A DNA stretch of 64,000 nt from an uncultured Pelagibacteraceae bacterium (lineage in GTDB: Bacteria > Pseudomonadota > Alphaproteobacteria > Pelagibacterales > Pelagibacteraceae): assembly GCA_902547215.1 (NCBI GenBank), contig CACCNI010000002.1, positions 25,216 through 89,215 of the forward strand, written 5' to 3'. A program made the translations under genes and the position numbers. The notes beneath the pieces are model-generated. The model worked only from the letters and a program-made list of their open reading frames with translations, was not told the origin of the DNA and made no database searches. Positions 37,262-47,107 of this stretch are shown in pieces. Within the stretch, counting starts at the first letter, position 1; every line of letters starts with the position of its first letter.

Positions 37262-38440
37262 TTATGCGACTAGAGATCCTTTATTTTTATCTCTATCGTA
37301 CATAGTCATTATTGGTTCATCCTCAACTTCATAAATCTCGTTAGAATAAAAGCCATTGAATTGAGTTCTAAAAGTTAATCCATATGCTCCTAGTTGACCA
37401 AGTTCTATGTAATCATTTTCTTTTACATTGTTAGGTAAAATAAAAGGTCCTTTCATGTAATCAAGACTGTCACATGTTGGTCCATAAAAATCAAAAGCAG
37501 TCATTTTTTTTGAAATCATTCGTCCATTTGTAATTATTTTTGATGGATAAACTATATTAGGAACCCCACCATCAAATAAAGTTCCATAAGTTCCATCATT
37601 TATGTAAAGTTTCTGTTTTTTTCTTAAATTCACTTTTACTATCGTTGATCCTGACTCCGCGACTAACGCTCTCCCTGGTTCACAAATTATTTCGGGCATT
37701 TTATTTAATTTTAATTTTTCAAGAGCTGTTTTAATCTCATTAAAATAACTATCCAATGAAGGTGGAATTAGATCTGGATAAATAGTTGGAAATCCACCAC
37801 CAATATTTATTACATCTGGGATGATTTTGGTTTTTTTGATTATATTTCCAATTTCAGAAATACCTTTAGCATATGAAATAGGATGCATACATTGCGAACC
37901 AACGTGAAAACTTAAACCAATTTTTTTCGCATATTGTTTAGTTAATCTTAATAACCCGATTGCTTCAGAACTTAATGCACCAAATTTTTTCGATAAATCA
38001 ATTTCAGCATGTTCGTTGGAAACAGCCACTCTTACATATAATTCGAGATCCTTAGCCTGATCTGTAGATTCAATAATTTTGATTAATTCCTCTTTTGTAT
38101 CTAATGAAAAACTTTTAACATTATATTTAAAATACGCATCTCTAATACTTTCTCTACTTTTTACAGTATGCATATAAGAACATTCTAAATCTTTGTTGAT
38201 CTTTTTAATCATCTCTATCTCTTTAATTGAAGCAACGTCAAAATTCTTTATTCCTGACTCTATAAGAGTTTTAACTACAAAAGGATGTGGATTAGTTTTA
38301 ACCGCATAAAGGATTTTACCCGGGAAATTTTGTAAAAAAACTTTGGTAGCTTTTTTTATCGAGTTCTTTCTGATGCAGTAAACTGGATCAGAAGGTTTGA
38401 TTACATTAATTAGTTCATCAACCGTTTTAAATTTTTTCAT
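37262..38440 (-). CDS. Fold-type III PLP-dependent ornithine/lysine/arginine decarboxylase
   Basis: YAVKTN (PLP Lys), FDVAS, FHVGSQ, NIGGGF, EPGR, GPTCDS, GAY. Confidence 0.92.
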   Translation of the reverse strand: MKKFKTVDELINVIKPSDPVYCIRKNSIKKATKVFLQNFPGKILYAVKTNPHPFVVKTLIESGIKNFDVASIKEIEMIKKINKDLECSYMHTVKSRESIRDAYFKYNVKSFSLDTKEELIKIIESTDQAKDLELYVRVAVSNEHAEIDLSKKFGALSSEAIGLLRLTKQYAKKIGLSFHVGSQCMHPISYAKGISEIGNIIKKTKIIPDVINIGGGFPTIYPDLIPPSLDSYFNEIKTALEKLKLNKMPEIICEPGRALVAESGSTIVKVNLRKKQKLYINDGTYGTLFDGGVPNIVYPSKIITNGRMISKKMTAFDFYGPTCDSLDYMKGPFILPNNVKENDYIELGQLGAYGLTFRTQFNGFYSNEIYEVEDEPIMTMYDRDKNKGSLVA

Positions 38441-38469
38441 TTTTTTAGCTCCGTAAAAAAAAATTTAAC

Positions 38470-38500
38470 AAAAAAAATCTGCATAACAGCTATGCAAATT
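38470..38500 (-). terminator. Intrinsic terminator-like hairpin in the decarboxylase 5' leader
   Basis: Minus strand AAUUUGCAUA-GCUGU-UAUGCAGAUU running into a U8 tract; the G-U pairs form only on the minus strand. Confidence 0.6.
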
Positions 38501-38578
38501 TCATTAAATTGAGCATTTAAGGGATTATTCACCTAGTGTAAAGAAAATAATTGATAAAAATCAATGTTTCCCAAGCTA

Positions 38579-38605
38579 TTGAAATTTTAAAAATAAACTC
38601 CATAT
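38579..38605 (+). promoter_or_regulatory. Putative sigma32 (RpoH) promoter of regA
   Basis: TTGAAA-N13-CTCCATAT (TTG-N18-CCATAT), the same geometry as the sHSP promoter at 62008-62035. Confidence 0.55.
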
Positions 38606-38613
38606 ACATAGTT

Positions 38614-39174
38614 ATGAACGTCCAAAACGTAAAAAATATAAGCCAATTTGAGGACAAATCTCTTCTGATTGTGGATGATGATAATCCTTTTAGAGAGCGC
38701 TTAGCTAGAGCTATGGAAAAGAAGGGATTTAAAGTTTCACAAGCTGAAGGTGTAAAAAAAGGAATTGATGCCGTTAAAACAAATAAACCTGCATTTGCTG
38801 TAGTGGACTTAAGGCTTAGTGATGGCAACGGATTGGAAATTGTTAAAGAAATTCAAAATTCTAATGCAGATAGTAGAATTGTGATGTTAACTGGCTATGG
38901 AAATATTCCAACTGCTGTTGCTGCAATTAAACAAGGTGCAATTGATTATCTCGCTAAACCAGCTGATGCTGACGACGTTGAAAAAGCACTTTTAGCAGAT
39001 CCAAATAGAAAAGCTGATCCACCAGATAATCCCATGTCCGCAGATAGAGTTAAGTGGGAGCATATCCACAGAGTTTTTGAATTATGTAATAGAAACGTTT
39101 CTGAAACAGCTAGAAGATTGAAAATGCATCGTAGAACTCTTCAGAGAATTTTATCAAAAAGATCTCCTAGATAA
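38614..39174 (+). CDS. regA: RegA/ActR/PrrA redox response regulator (start likely ATG 38614)
   Basis: Receiver LIVDDD...VDLRL, LTGYGNIPTAV, helix-turn-helix WEHIHRV...NVSETARRLKMHRRTLQRIL. Confidence 0.95.
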   Translation: MNVQNVKNISQFEDKSLLIVDDDNPFRERLARAMEKKGFKVSQAEGVKKGIDAVKTNKPAFAVVDLRLSDGNGLEIVKEIQNSNADSRIVMLTGYGNIPTAVAAIKQGAIDYLAKPADADDVEKALLADPNRKADPPDNPMSADRVKWEHIHRVFELCNRNVSETARRLKMHRRTLQRILSKRSPR

Positions 39175-39718
39175 ACTTTTTAAAAAAATCGACTTTTGTA
39201 GAAATTATAACTAATAGAAAGATTTTAAATAATTCCGCTAGTAAAAAAGGTTTTGCTCCTAGATCGAAAATTGGTTTATCCCAACCAATTAAAATTCCTA
39301 ACCAAATAAGTCCCAATATATAAATTGGCAAAACTGAGAAAAAAATCTTAATAAAATTTAAAAGATAGTTTTTATTGAAATTAAATTTTCCAGCCAAATA
39401 AACCGCTATTATAAAACCTAAAAGATATCCCATCGTTGGACCCGTAAAATAAATCATACCAACACCTTTTTCTGGAGAATTAGAAAAAACTGGTATTCCA
39501 ACAATGCCTTCAATTAAATAAAGCGCAACTGTAGCCAAACCCAATTTATAACCAAAACACATTCCTAAAAATATTACGACGAATGTCTGCATTGTCATTG
39601 GAACTGGGTAAAATGGTATTTTTACCTTTGCTGAAATCGTTAACAAAATTGTTCCTAAAAAAACAATAATAGCTTTTTTAATTACTTTATTATTTTGAAT
39701 CAGCTTTACGGTTTCCAT
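39167..39718 (-). CDS. bioY: Biotin transporter BioY
   Basis: PVPMTMQTF, GPTMGYLLGF, PFLLAE..K. Confidence 0.92.
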   Translation of the reverse strand: METVKLIQNNKVIKKAIIVFLGTILLTISAKVKIPFYPVPMTMQTFVVIFLGMCFGYKLGLATVALYLIEGIVGIPVFSNSPEKGVGMIYFTGPTMGYLLGFIIAVYLAGKFNFNKNYLLNFIKIFFSVLPIYILGLIWLGILIGWDKPIFDLGAKPFLLAELFKIFLLVIISTKVDFFKKFI

Positions 39719-39750
39719 GATTTAATAATATATTAATTTAAGTTTTTAAT

Positions 39751-40668
39751 CTAGTTATTTGTTAAATTAACAAAAACGTCCTCTAAATTGGCATCCTCAG
39801 ATTTAATATCTTTAATCACTATTCCTTGGTTTTCTAATAACTTGATTATTTTTTGTATGTTAAATTCTTGTTTATTATATTCTATCTTAAATTCCGAATC
39901 TGTATTAGTTAAAATGTTATAACCTTTATTATTCATATCATTTAAAACTACTTTTTTGTTAATCTCAAATCTAATGGTTTTTGTTTGAATCTTATTTAAC
40001 ATATTTTCGGTTGTATCTAATGCTATAAGACTACCTTTGTGAATTATACCAACTCTGTCGCACAATTCTTCAGCCTCTTGGAGATAGTGTGTAGTCAGAA
40101 TAATTGTTACTCCAAGTTTTCTAAGGGATCTAATATTTTCCCACAAATTTCTTCTCAATTCGACATCAACACCTGCGGTTGGTTCATCTAGTATTATTAT
40201 AGGTGGTTTATGAACTAAAGCTTTCGCTATCAATAATCTTCTCTTCATACCTCCTGATAAATTTCTTGTATAACTATTTGATTTATCTTTTAAGGCGACT
40301 AGTTCAAGAACAGTATCTGTTATCCTATCTTTTTTTTTAACACCAAACAAACCAGCTTGAAGATCCAATAGTTTTTTTGGAGTAAAGAAAGGGTCAACGT
40401 TTATTTCTTGAGGAACAATTCCTAGGGAAACTCTTACTTGGCGTGGATTTTTATCTAAATCAAACCCCCAGACAATTACTTCACCTGAGGTTTTATCTGT
40501 TACACCCCCAAGAATATTTATAAAAGTACTTTTTCCAGCTCCATTTGGACCAAGAAGTCCTAAAATTTCTCCTTCTTTCACCTCTAAGTTTAAATCTTTA
40601 AGCGCATGGATATTCTTTCGATAAATTTTATTTAATTTTTTAACAGAAAGTACGTTTTTTTTACTCAT
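39751..40668 (-). CDS. ABC-2-type transporter ATP-binding protein (YadG-like)
   Basis: GPNGAGKST, VPQE, LSGGMKRR, DEPTAGVDVELR, TTHYL, C-terminal LEDVFV. Confidence 0.9.
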   Translation of the reverse strand: MSKKNVLSVKKLNKIYRKNIHALKDLNLEVKEGEILGLLGPNGAGKSTFINILGGVTDKTSGEVIVWGFDLDKNPRQVRVSLGIVPQEINVDPFFTPKKLLDLQAGLFGVKKKDRITDTVLELVALKDKSNSYTRNLSGGMKRRLLIAKALVHKPPIIILDEPTAGVDVELRRNLWENIRSLRKLGVTIILTTHYLQEAEELCDRVGIIHKGSLIALDTTENMLNKIQTKTIRFEINKKVVLNDMNNKGYNILTNTDSEFKIEYNKQEFNIQKIIKLLENQGIVIKDIKSEDANLEDVFVNLTNN

Positions 40669-40718
40669 TTAGATTTATAGGCTTATAACATTAAGGTAAA
40701 TTAATAATAATTTAATAA

Positions 40719-43490
40719 ATGGCTGAATTAAATAAAAAAAAACATTTTTATCTTATTGATGGCTCTGGGTATATTTTTCGGGCGTATTATGCTCTTCCTC
40801 CTCTATCCAGAAAGTCAGATGGTTTACCAACAGGTGCTGTTGCGGGATTTTGCAATATGCTTTTCAAGTTATTAGAGGATGCAAAATCAAAAGAAAATAA
40901 AGAGAAACCAACTCACTTCGTGGTTATTTTTGACTCTGCTAGAAAAAATTTCAGAAATGATATTTATGAGGACTATAAAGCGAATAGATCAGACGCACCC
41001 GATGATTTGATACCCCAGTTTGAATACATTCGAAAATCTGTAGAAGCTTTCAATATTCCTGCTGTAGAAATGATTAATTATGAGGCCGATGATTTAATTG
41101 CAACTTATTCAAAACAAATTACTAAACTTGGCTCTGATGTAACCATTGTTTCGTCTGATAAAGATTTAATGCAGCTTCATGACAAAAAAGTAAGAATTTA
41201 CGATCCTATGAAAAATAAATTTATTAAAAAAGAGGATGTAATTGCTAAATTTGGAGTTACTTCAGATAAGGTTATTGATGTTCAATCTTTAGCTGGTGAT
41301 TCAAGTGATAACGTGCCAGGTGTTCCTGGTATTGGAGTAAAAACAGCAGCAGAATTAATAAATAAATTTGGAAGTTTAGAAGAACTTCTCAAAAATGCTG
41401 AAACAATAAAGCAAAATAAAAGACGAGAAACAATTATCGAAAATAAAGATAAAGCTTTAATAAGTAAGAAACTAGTAACCTTAAAAAATGATGTACCTGT
41501 CAAAAATAAATTAGATGATTTTTTATTGAAGGAAATTGATAAAAAAAAACTCTTCAATTTTTTAAGAGATATGGAGTTTAATAGACTGCTAAGTTCAGCG
41601 ATTTCAACATATGGAGAAATTGATTTTGAAAACGAAAATAAAGAACAAGCACAAAAGACAAAAGATAACCTCTCAAAATCGAACTATAATTTGATAAATA
41701 GTGAGGAGGAATTAAAAAAATTAATACACAAAGTTGAGGAGGTTGGAGAGCTTGCTATTGATACAGAAACAAACTCCCTTAACCCGCATCTTGCCAAATT
41801 AGTTGGTATATCTATCTCTTTTAAAATAGGTGAAGCTTATTATGTTCCTTTAAATCATTCTAATGGGAAAAATTTGGGTGAAAAAAATATACTTAAAATT
41901 TTAAAGCCATTATTAGAAGATAAAACCATTAAAAAAATCGGTCAAAATATAAAATTTGATTACATAATTTTTTATCATAGAGGCATAGAAATGAAATTTT
42001 TGGAAGACACAATGTTGATGTCTTATGTTCTAGATGCTGGAAAAAACAAACATAACATGGATGAATTATCAAAAATACATTTAGATCATCAAACAATATC
42101 TTATAAAGACTTAGTTGGAACTGGAAAAAAACAAATAACCTTTGATGATGTAGACATCGATCAAGCAAAAGATTATGCAGCCGAAGATGCTGATGTTACT
42201 TATAGGTTATACAAAAAGTTTTTGAAAGATATCAAAGAAGAGAAATTAATAAATATTTATGAATCTTTTGAAAAACCAATGATTGAAATTTTGGCTAAAA
42301 TGGAAATCAGTGGAATAAAATTGGATAAAGATTTTTTATTAAAGCTCTCAAAAAAATTTGAAAAAAAAATAGCCGAATTAGAAAAAGACATTTTTAAAAT
42401 ATCGAAAAAAAAATTTAAAATTGGTTCAACAAAACAGCTTGGTGAAATAATGTACAATGATTTAAAAATTTCAGCATTAAAAAAAACAAAAAAAGGAAGC
42501 TTTGCCACGAGTGCCAGTGTTTTGGAAGATCTGGCATTTAAAGGACATGAATTACCTAAGTTAGTATTAGAGTGGAGGCAAATTTCAAAGCTCCAAAATA
42601 CATATTCAGACTCACTTCCAGAATTTATCAATCCTGTTTCAAAAAGGGTTCATACATCTTTTTTGTTGGCAGCTACAACAACTGGAAGGTTAGCATCAAG
42701 TGATCCAAATTTACAAAATATTCCAATTAAGTCTGAAGATGGAAAAGAAATAAGAAAAGCCTTTATTTCAGAAAAAGGAGCCTCACTTTTATCTGCTGAT
42801 TATAATCAAATTGAAATGAGAATACTTTCTGATTTAGCAGATGTGAAAGAATTAAAAAAAGCGTTTAATAATAATGAAGATATTCATTCTTTAACAGCCA
42901 GCCAAATTTTTAACGTAGAAATTAATAAAGTCAGTAAAGAGATGAGGAGAAAAGCAAAGGCAATTAATTTTGGTATCATCTATGGTATTTCACAATATGG
43001 ATTAGCAAAACAAATTTCTGTTTCAACAGCTGATGCTGAAATATTTCTAAAGGCATATTTTAAGAAATTTCCTGAGATAAAAGACTACATGTCGTCTACA
43101 ATAAAACATTGTAGAAGAAGTGGATTTGTTAACAATATTTTTGGCAGAAAAACACACATTATAGGTATCAATGATAAAAATTTTAACATTAGAAACTTTC
43201 AAGAAAGGGCAGCGATTAATGCACCAATACAAGGGTCAGCATCGGAATTAATGCGAATAGCCATGATAAGAATTTTTAATAAACTTAATGATGATGCAAA
43301 ATTTAAAACAAAATTATTATTGCAAATTCACGATGAACTAATATTTGAAATACCTAACAACGAATTAGATAGAATCAAAAAAATAATTAAAACAGAAATG
43401 ACCAGTGTTAAATCAAGCGAGCATCACACTTTCTCTATACCTATTCTAGTAGATGTAAATATTGGGGATAATTGGGGTATGTTGCATTAA
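40719..43490 (+). CDS. polA: DNA polymerase I
   Basis: 5'-3' exonuclease (LIDGS, EADD), intact 3'-5' exonuclease motifs (DTET, NIKFD, YAAED), polymerase motifs DYNQIE, KAINFG, QIHDEL. Confidence 0.98.
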   Translation: MAELNKKKHFYLIDGSGYIFRAYYALPPLSRKSDGLPTGAVAGFCNMLFKLLEDAKSKENKEKPTHFVVIFDSARKNFRNDIYEDYKANRSDAPDDLIPQFEYIRKSVEAFNIPAVEMINYEADDLIATYSKQITKLGSDVTIVSSDKDLMQLHDKKVRIYDPMKNKFIKKEDVIAKFGVTSDKVIDVQSLAGDSSDNVPGVPGIGVKTAAELINKFGSLEELLKNAETIKQNKRRETIIENKDKALISKKLVTLKNDVPVKNKLDDFLLKEIDKKKLFNFLRDMEFNRLLSSAISTYGEIDFENENKEQAQKTKDNLSKSNYNLINSEEELKKLIHKVEEVGELAIDTETNSLNPHLAKLVGISISFKIGEAYYVPLNHSNGKNLGEKNILKILKPLLEDKTIKKIGQNIKFDYIIFYHRGIEMKFLEDTMLMSYVLDAGKNKHNMDELSKIHLDHQTISYKDLVGTGKKQITFDDVDIDQAKDYAAEDADVTYRLYKKFLKDIKEEKLINIYESFEKPMIEILAKMEISGIKLDKDFLLKLSKKFEKKIAELEKDIFKISKKKFKIGSTKQLGEIMYNDLKISALKKTKKGSFATSASVLEDLAFKGHELPKLVLEWRQISKLQNTYSDSLPEFINPVSKRVHTSFLLAATTTGRLASSDPNLQNIPIKSEDGKEIRKAFISEKGASLLSADYNQIEMRILSDLADVKELKKAFNNNEDIHSLTASQIFNVEINKVSKEMRRKAKAINFGIIYGISQYGLAKQISVSTADAEIFLKAYFKKFPEIKDYMSSTIKHCRRSGFVNNIFGRKTHIIGINDKNFNIRNFQERAAINAPIQGSASELMRIAMIRIFNKLNDDAKFKTKLLLQIHDELIFEIPNNELDRIKKIIKTEMTSVKSSEHHTFSIPILVDVNIGDNWGMLH

Positions 43491-43501
43491 ATATTAGTGT
43501 A

Positions 43502-43530
43502 TTGTCTAAATTGGGACAATTTAGTATTTT
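43502..43530 (+). promoter_or_regulatory. Putative chvI promoter with a dyad in the spacer
   Basis: TTGTCT-N17-TATTTT overlapping the perfect inverted repeat CTAAATTG-GGA-CAATTTAG (43506-43524). Confidence 0.4.
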
Positions 43531-43541
43531 TATATTAGACT

Positions 43542-44240
43542 ATGACACAAACAATTGCACTAATAGATGATGACAGAAATATTCTTACCAGCTTAAGTAT
43601 TGCCTTAGAAAAAGAGGGTTTTAAAGTCCAAACTTATTTAGATGGAGAGAGTGCACTCATAGGATTAACTAGAACACCTCCAGACCTAGCAATCGTTGAT
43701 ATCAAAATGCCTAAAATGGATGGGGAGGAGTTGCTAAAAAAATTAAGAAAAAAAAGTTCATTACCAGTAATTTTTTTAACTTCAAAAGATGAGGAAGTAG
43801 ATGAACTTTTAGGTTTAAAGTTAGGAGCAGATGACTTTGTTAAAAAATCTGGTGGTTTTTCAATAAAAGTTTTAGTTGAGAGAATTAGGGTTCAACTTAG
43901 AAAGAAAAATATTAGTGTAGATGACAATAAAAATATTATTACTCATGGCAAACTCAAATTAGATCCCTCACAACTTGAGTGTGAATGGGACGGAAAACAG
44001 TTGCCAGATAAATTGACAACAACAGAATTTTTAATCGTTCAAGAACTTGCTAAAAGACCGGGGATAATTAAAGAAAGAGCACAATTGATGGATATTGCGT
44101 ATAGAGAGGATACTGATATCGAAGATAGAACTATTGATAGTCACGTTAAAAGAATTAGAAAAAAATTTAAAAAAATTGACTCGAGTTTTTCCGCAATAGA
44201 AACAAGGTATGGAAGTGGCTATAGGTGGAATGTTAATTAA
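43542..44240 (+). CDS. chvI: OmpR-family response regulator ChvI
   Basis: [39 protein letters not shown]; paired with a ChvG-like kinase upstream of ahcY. Confidence 0.92.
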   Translation: MTQTIALIDDDRNILTSLSIALEKEGFKVQTYLDGESALIGLTRTPPDLAIVDIKMPKMDGEELLKKLRKKSSLPVIFLTSKDEEVDELLGLKLGADDFVKKSGGFSIKVLVERIRVQLRKKNISVDDNKNIITHGKLKLDPSQLECEWDGKQLPDKLTTTEFLIVQELAKRPGIIKERAQLMDIAYREDTDIEDRTIDSHVKRIRKKFKKIDSSFSAIETRYGSGYRWNVN

Positions 44241-45778
44241 TGTTTTCTTCACTCATCAAAAACCTCTCTATTCTTAAAAAATTTTTATTCATCAATCTTT
44301 TAATCTTTATATTTATTGGTACATTAACCATAATTTACCTTAATTATGTTCAACCAAACTTAATTAAAAAAAAAACATCTCTCCAAATTGAAGTTATAAA
44401 TAATACAATTAATAATTTGAATAGACTAAATATTGAATTTGAAAAAAATGAGGTAAAAAAATTTTTATTGTCGACAAGATTTTTATTTCAAAATCTTGAT
44501 AGGGTCATTTTTTTTAATGAGTCATTTGAGATTTTAGCAGATACAGATACACTTGATCTTGACCCAAGATCCTTTTCATCAAGAATTGAAATAGTTGAAT
44601 TTGATTCACAAAACAACCAAGATAAAGAAAAAACTACAGATGAATTAATTAATTCAGAAAAAAAGAGTGAATTTGAAGTAACACTTCAGGAATATTCAAT
44701 ATCTGATGATTATGGTAAGCCTGTTACTTTTACAAATGAAACTTATAATAAATTTAAATTATCAACTATAAAGAATATTTTGATTGATGATGAAAATGTT
44801 GGGTATATTCTGATATCTCAAAACGCCAATGACGTTAAAACAGCAATCAATGAAAGAAAAACTTTTGTTATTCGTACTGCAATATTAATCGCAGTTGTAA
44901 TCTTTATTTTTTCATTAGTTTTAAATAGATATTTTTTAAAACCAATTAAAAATCTTGTTAATTACACTGAAAATATAAAAGAAAAGAGTAAAAAGAAAAT
45001 AGATATTAAAAATTTAATAAAACGAAATGATGAACTGGGAACTTTGTCGTTATCTCTAGATGAAATGACAAATGAATTACAAAAACGAGTAAATACAGCT
45101 GAAAACTTCTCCACAGATTTAGTTCATGAAATTAGAAATCCTTTAGCTTCGCTTAAAAGTGCATCTGAATTATTAGAAGTTACTAACAGCAACCCTGAAA
45201 AGGAAAAATTAACGAAAATTTTGACACACGATGTAGAGAGAATTGAAAGATTAATAACTGATTATTCCCAGATGCTTAAAGATGAAGTCGCGATCACAAG
45301 GGAAAGTATGAAAATTTTAGACTTAAAAAAAATTGCTGACTCAGTCGTTGATGACTTTAACGCCATATACAATACAAAACGGGGTATTAATATAGATTTA
45401 CAGTTTAAAAATTCTGGCGAAAGATTTAATATTAAAGGTATTGAAAATAGGATTGAACAAGTCTTAGCAAATCTTCTTGAAAATTCCATTTCATTTAGCA
45501 AAGATAATCAGAATATTGTAGTCAAACTCTCACAGAAAAAAGATGGAAAAATTTCTCTTAGTGTAATTGATGAAGGAATCGGGTTTAAAGAAAAAAATAC
45601 AGAAAAGATTTTTAAAAGATTTTATAGCAACAGACCAGATAAATTTGGTGAACATTCTGGATTAGGATTGAATATTGTTAAAAATCTGGTCGATCTTCAT
45701 GGAGGTCAAGTAATCGCATCTAATAATATTAATAAAAAGGGAGCAAAAGTAGAAATTATTTTTCCAAAATTAAATTGA
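44240..45778 (+). CDS. chvG: Sensor histidine kinase ChvG/ExoS
   Basis: Two TM segments, HAMP domain (RNDELG), HEIRNPL, NLLENSISFS, DEGIG, RFYSNRP..FGEHSGLGL. Confidence 0.9.
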   Translation: MFSSLIKNLSILKKFLFINLLIFIFIGTLTIIYLNYVQPNLIKKKTSLQIEVINNTINNLNRLNIEFEKNEVKKFLLSTRFLFQNLDRVIFFNESFEILADTDTLDLDPRSFSSRIEIVEFDSQNNQDKEKTTDELINSEKKSEFEVTLQEYSISDDYGKPVTFTNETYNKFKLSTIKNILIDDENVGYILISQNANDVKTAINERKTFVIRTAILIAVVIFIFSLVLNRYFLKPIKNLVNYTENIKEKSKKKIDIKNLIKRNDELGTLSLSLDEMTNELQKRVNTAENFSTDLVHEIRNPLASLKSASELLEVTNSNPEKEKLTKILTHDVERIERLITDYSQMLKDEVAITRESMKILDLKKIADSVVDDFNAIYNTKRGINIDLQFKNSGERFNIKGIENRIEQVLANLLENSISFSKDNQNIVVKLSQKKDGKISLSVIDEGIGFKEKNTEKIFKRFYSNRPDKFGEHSGLGLNIVKNLVDLHGGQVIASNNINKKGAKVEIIFPKLN

Positions 45779-45820
45779 TATGTTGAATAAATTATCCTTT
45801 AATGTAAAAGATTTGCAAAA

Positions 45821-47107
45821 ATGAGTGATTATAAAGTAAAAGATATCAAGCTAGCTGAGTTCGGTAGAAAAGAAATTTCTCTTGCCGAGACTGAAATGCC
45901 TGGACTTATGGCATTAAGAAAAGAATACAAAGGAAAGTTTCCTTTAAAAGGTGCTAGAATTTTAGGCTGCCTGCACATGACAATTCAAACTGCAGTGCTT
46001 ATTGAGACATTGGTAGCCCTTGGTGCAGAGTGTAGATGGTCATCATGCAATATTTTTTCAACACAAGATCATGCTGCTGCAGCGATAGCAAAAGCTGAAA
46101 TACCTGTGTTTGCTTGGAAAGGTGAAACCGAGGAAGAGTATTGGTGGTGTGTAAAACAAACAATCGAAGGTAAAAAAGATTGGAAGCCAAACATGATTTT
46201 AGATGATGGTGGTGACTTAACAGCTCTAATGCATAAAGATTATAAGCATTTAATGAAAGATATTAAAGGGTTGTCAGAAGAAACTACCACAGGTGTTTTA
46301 GCATTAAAAAAGATGGAGAGCGAAGGGACATTATTAGTGCCGGCAATAAATGTTAATGACTCAGTGACAAAATCAAAATTTGATAATTTATATGGGTGTA
46401 GGGAAAGTTTAGTCGACGGAATTAAAAGAGCTACAGATGTAATGATGTCAGGTAAAGTGGCAATTGTTGCAGGATTTGGTGACGTAGGCAAAGGCAGTGC
46501 AGCATCATTGAGGCAATCTGGAGCAAGAGTTATGATTACTGAAACTGATCCAATATGTGCCTTGCAGGCAGCGATGGAAGGTTATGAAGTAGTCTTAATG
46601 GATGAAATGATTAAAGAGGCTGACATAGTGGTAACCGCGACTGGCAACAAAGATATTATAACAGCAGATCATATGAGAGATATGAAGGATAGAGCGATAC
46701 TATGTAATATTGGACACTTTGATAATGAAATCCAAGTTGAGGCATTAAAAAATTATAAGTGGGATGAAATTAAACCCCAAGTGCACGAAATAGAATTACC
46801 AAGCAAAAAAAGAATTATTCTTTTAGCTGAAGGTAGACTTGTTAATCTTGGATGTGCAACAGGGCACCCTAGTTTTGTAATGAGCGCATCTTTTACAAAT
46901 CAAGTCACTGCTCAAATAGAACTTTGGAATAATTCATCTAAATATGAAAAAAAGGTTTATGTTTTACCAAAACATCTTGATGAAAAAGTAGCTATGTTAC
47001 ACTTAGAGAAAGTGGGTGCAAAATTAACAAAACTATCAAAAGAACAAGCTGATTATATTAGCGTAAAACAAGAAGGGCCATATAAGCCAGATGCTTACCG
47101 CTACTAA
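45821..47107 (+). CDS. ahcY: Adenosylhomocysteinase
   Basis: [38 protein letters not shown]. Confidence 0.98.
   Translation: MSDYKVKDIKLAEFGRKEISLAETEMPGLMALRKEYKGKFPLKGARILGCLHMTIQTAVLIETLVALGAECRWSSCNIFSTQDHAAAAIAKAEIPVFAWKGETEEEYWWCVKQTIEGKKDWKPNMILDDGGDLTALMHKDYKHLMKDIKGLSEETTTGVLALKKMESEGTLLVPAINVNDSVTKSKFDNLYGCRESLVDGIKRATDVMMSGKVAIVAGFGDVGKGSAASLRQSGARVMITETDPICALQAAMEGYEVVLMDEMIKEADIVVTATGNKDIITADHMRDMKDRAILCNIGHFDNEIQVEALKNYKWDEIKPQVHEIELPSKKRIILLAEGRLVNLGCATGHPSFVMSASFTNQVTAQIELWNNSSKYEKKVYVLPKHLDEKVAMLHLEKVGAKLTKLSKEQADYISVKQEGPYKPDAYRY

Noticed and set aside
38437-38532. Second uORF (GTG start, 31 codons, or MQIFFVKFFFTELKK) ending in an ATGA overlap with the decarboxylase start
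   Set aside because: It is mostly encoded by U-runs, the GTG lies at or before the predicted start site, and there is no SD. Likely chance, though it cannot be excluded.
39167-40668. ABC ATPase as the energising BioM partner of the adjacent BioY
   Set aside because: Its motifs and C-terminal extension fit ABC-2/YadG-type exporters rather than ECF ATPases, and there is no BioN. Solitary BioY proteins are known.
45779-45820. SAH riboswitch upstream of ahcY
   Set aside because: The 42-bp AT-rich spacer has no conserved core or pairing.
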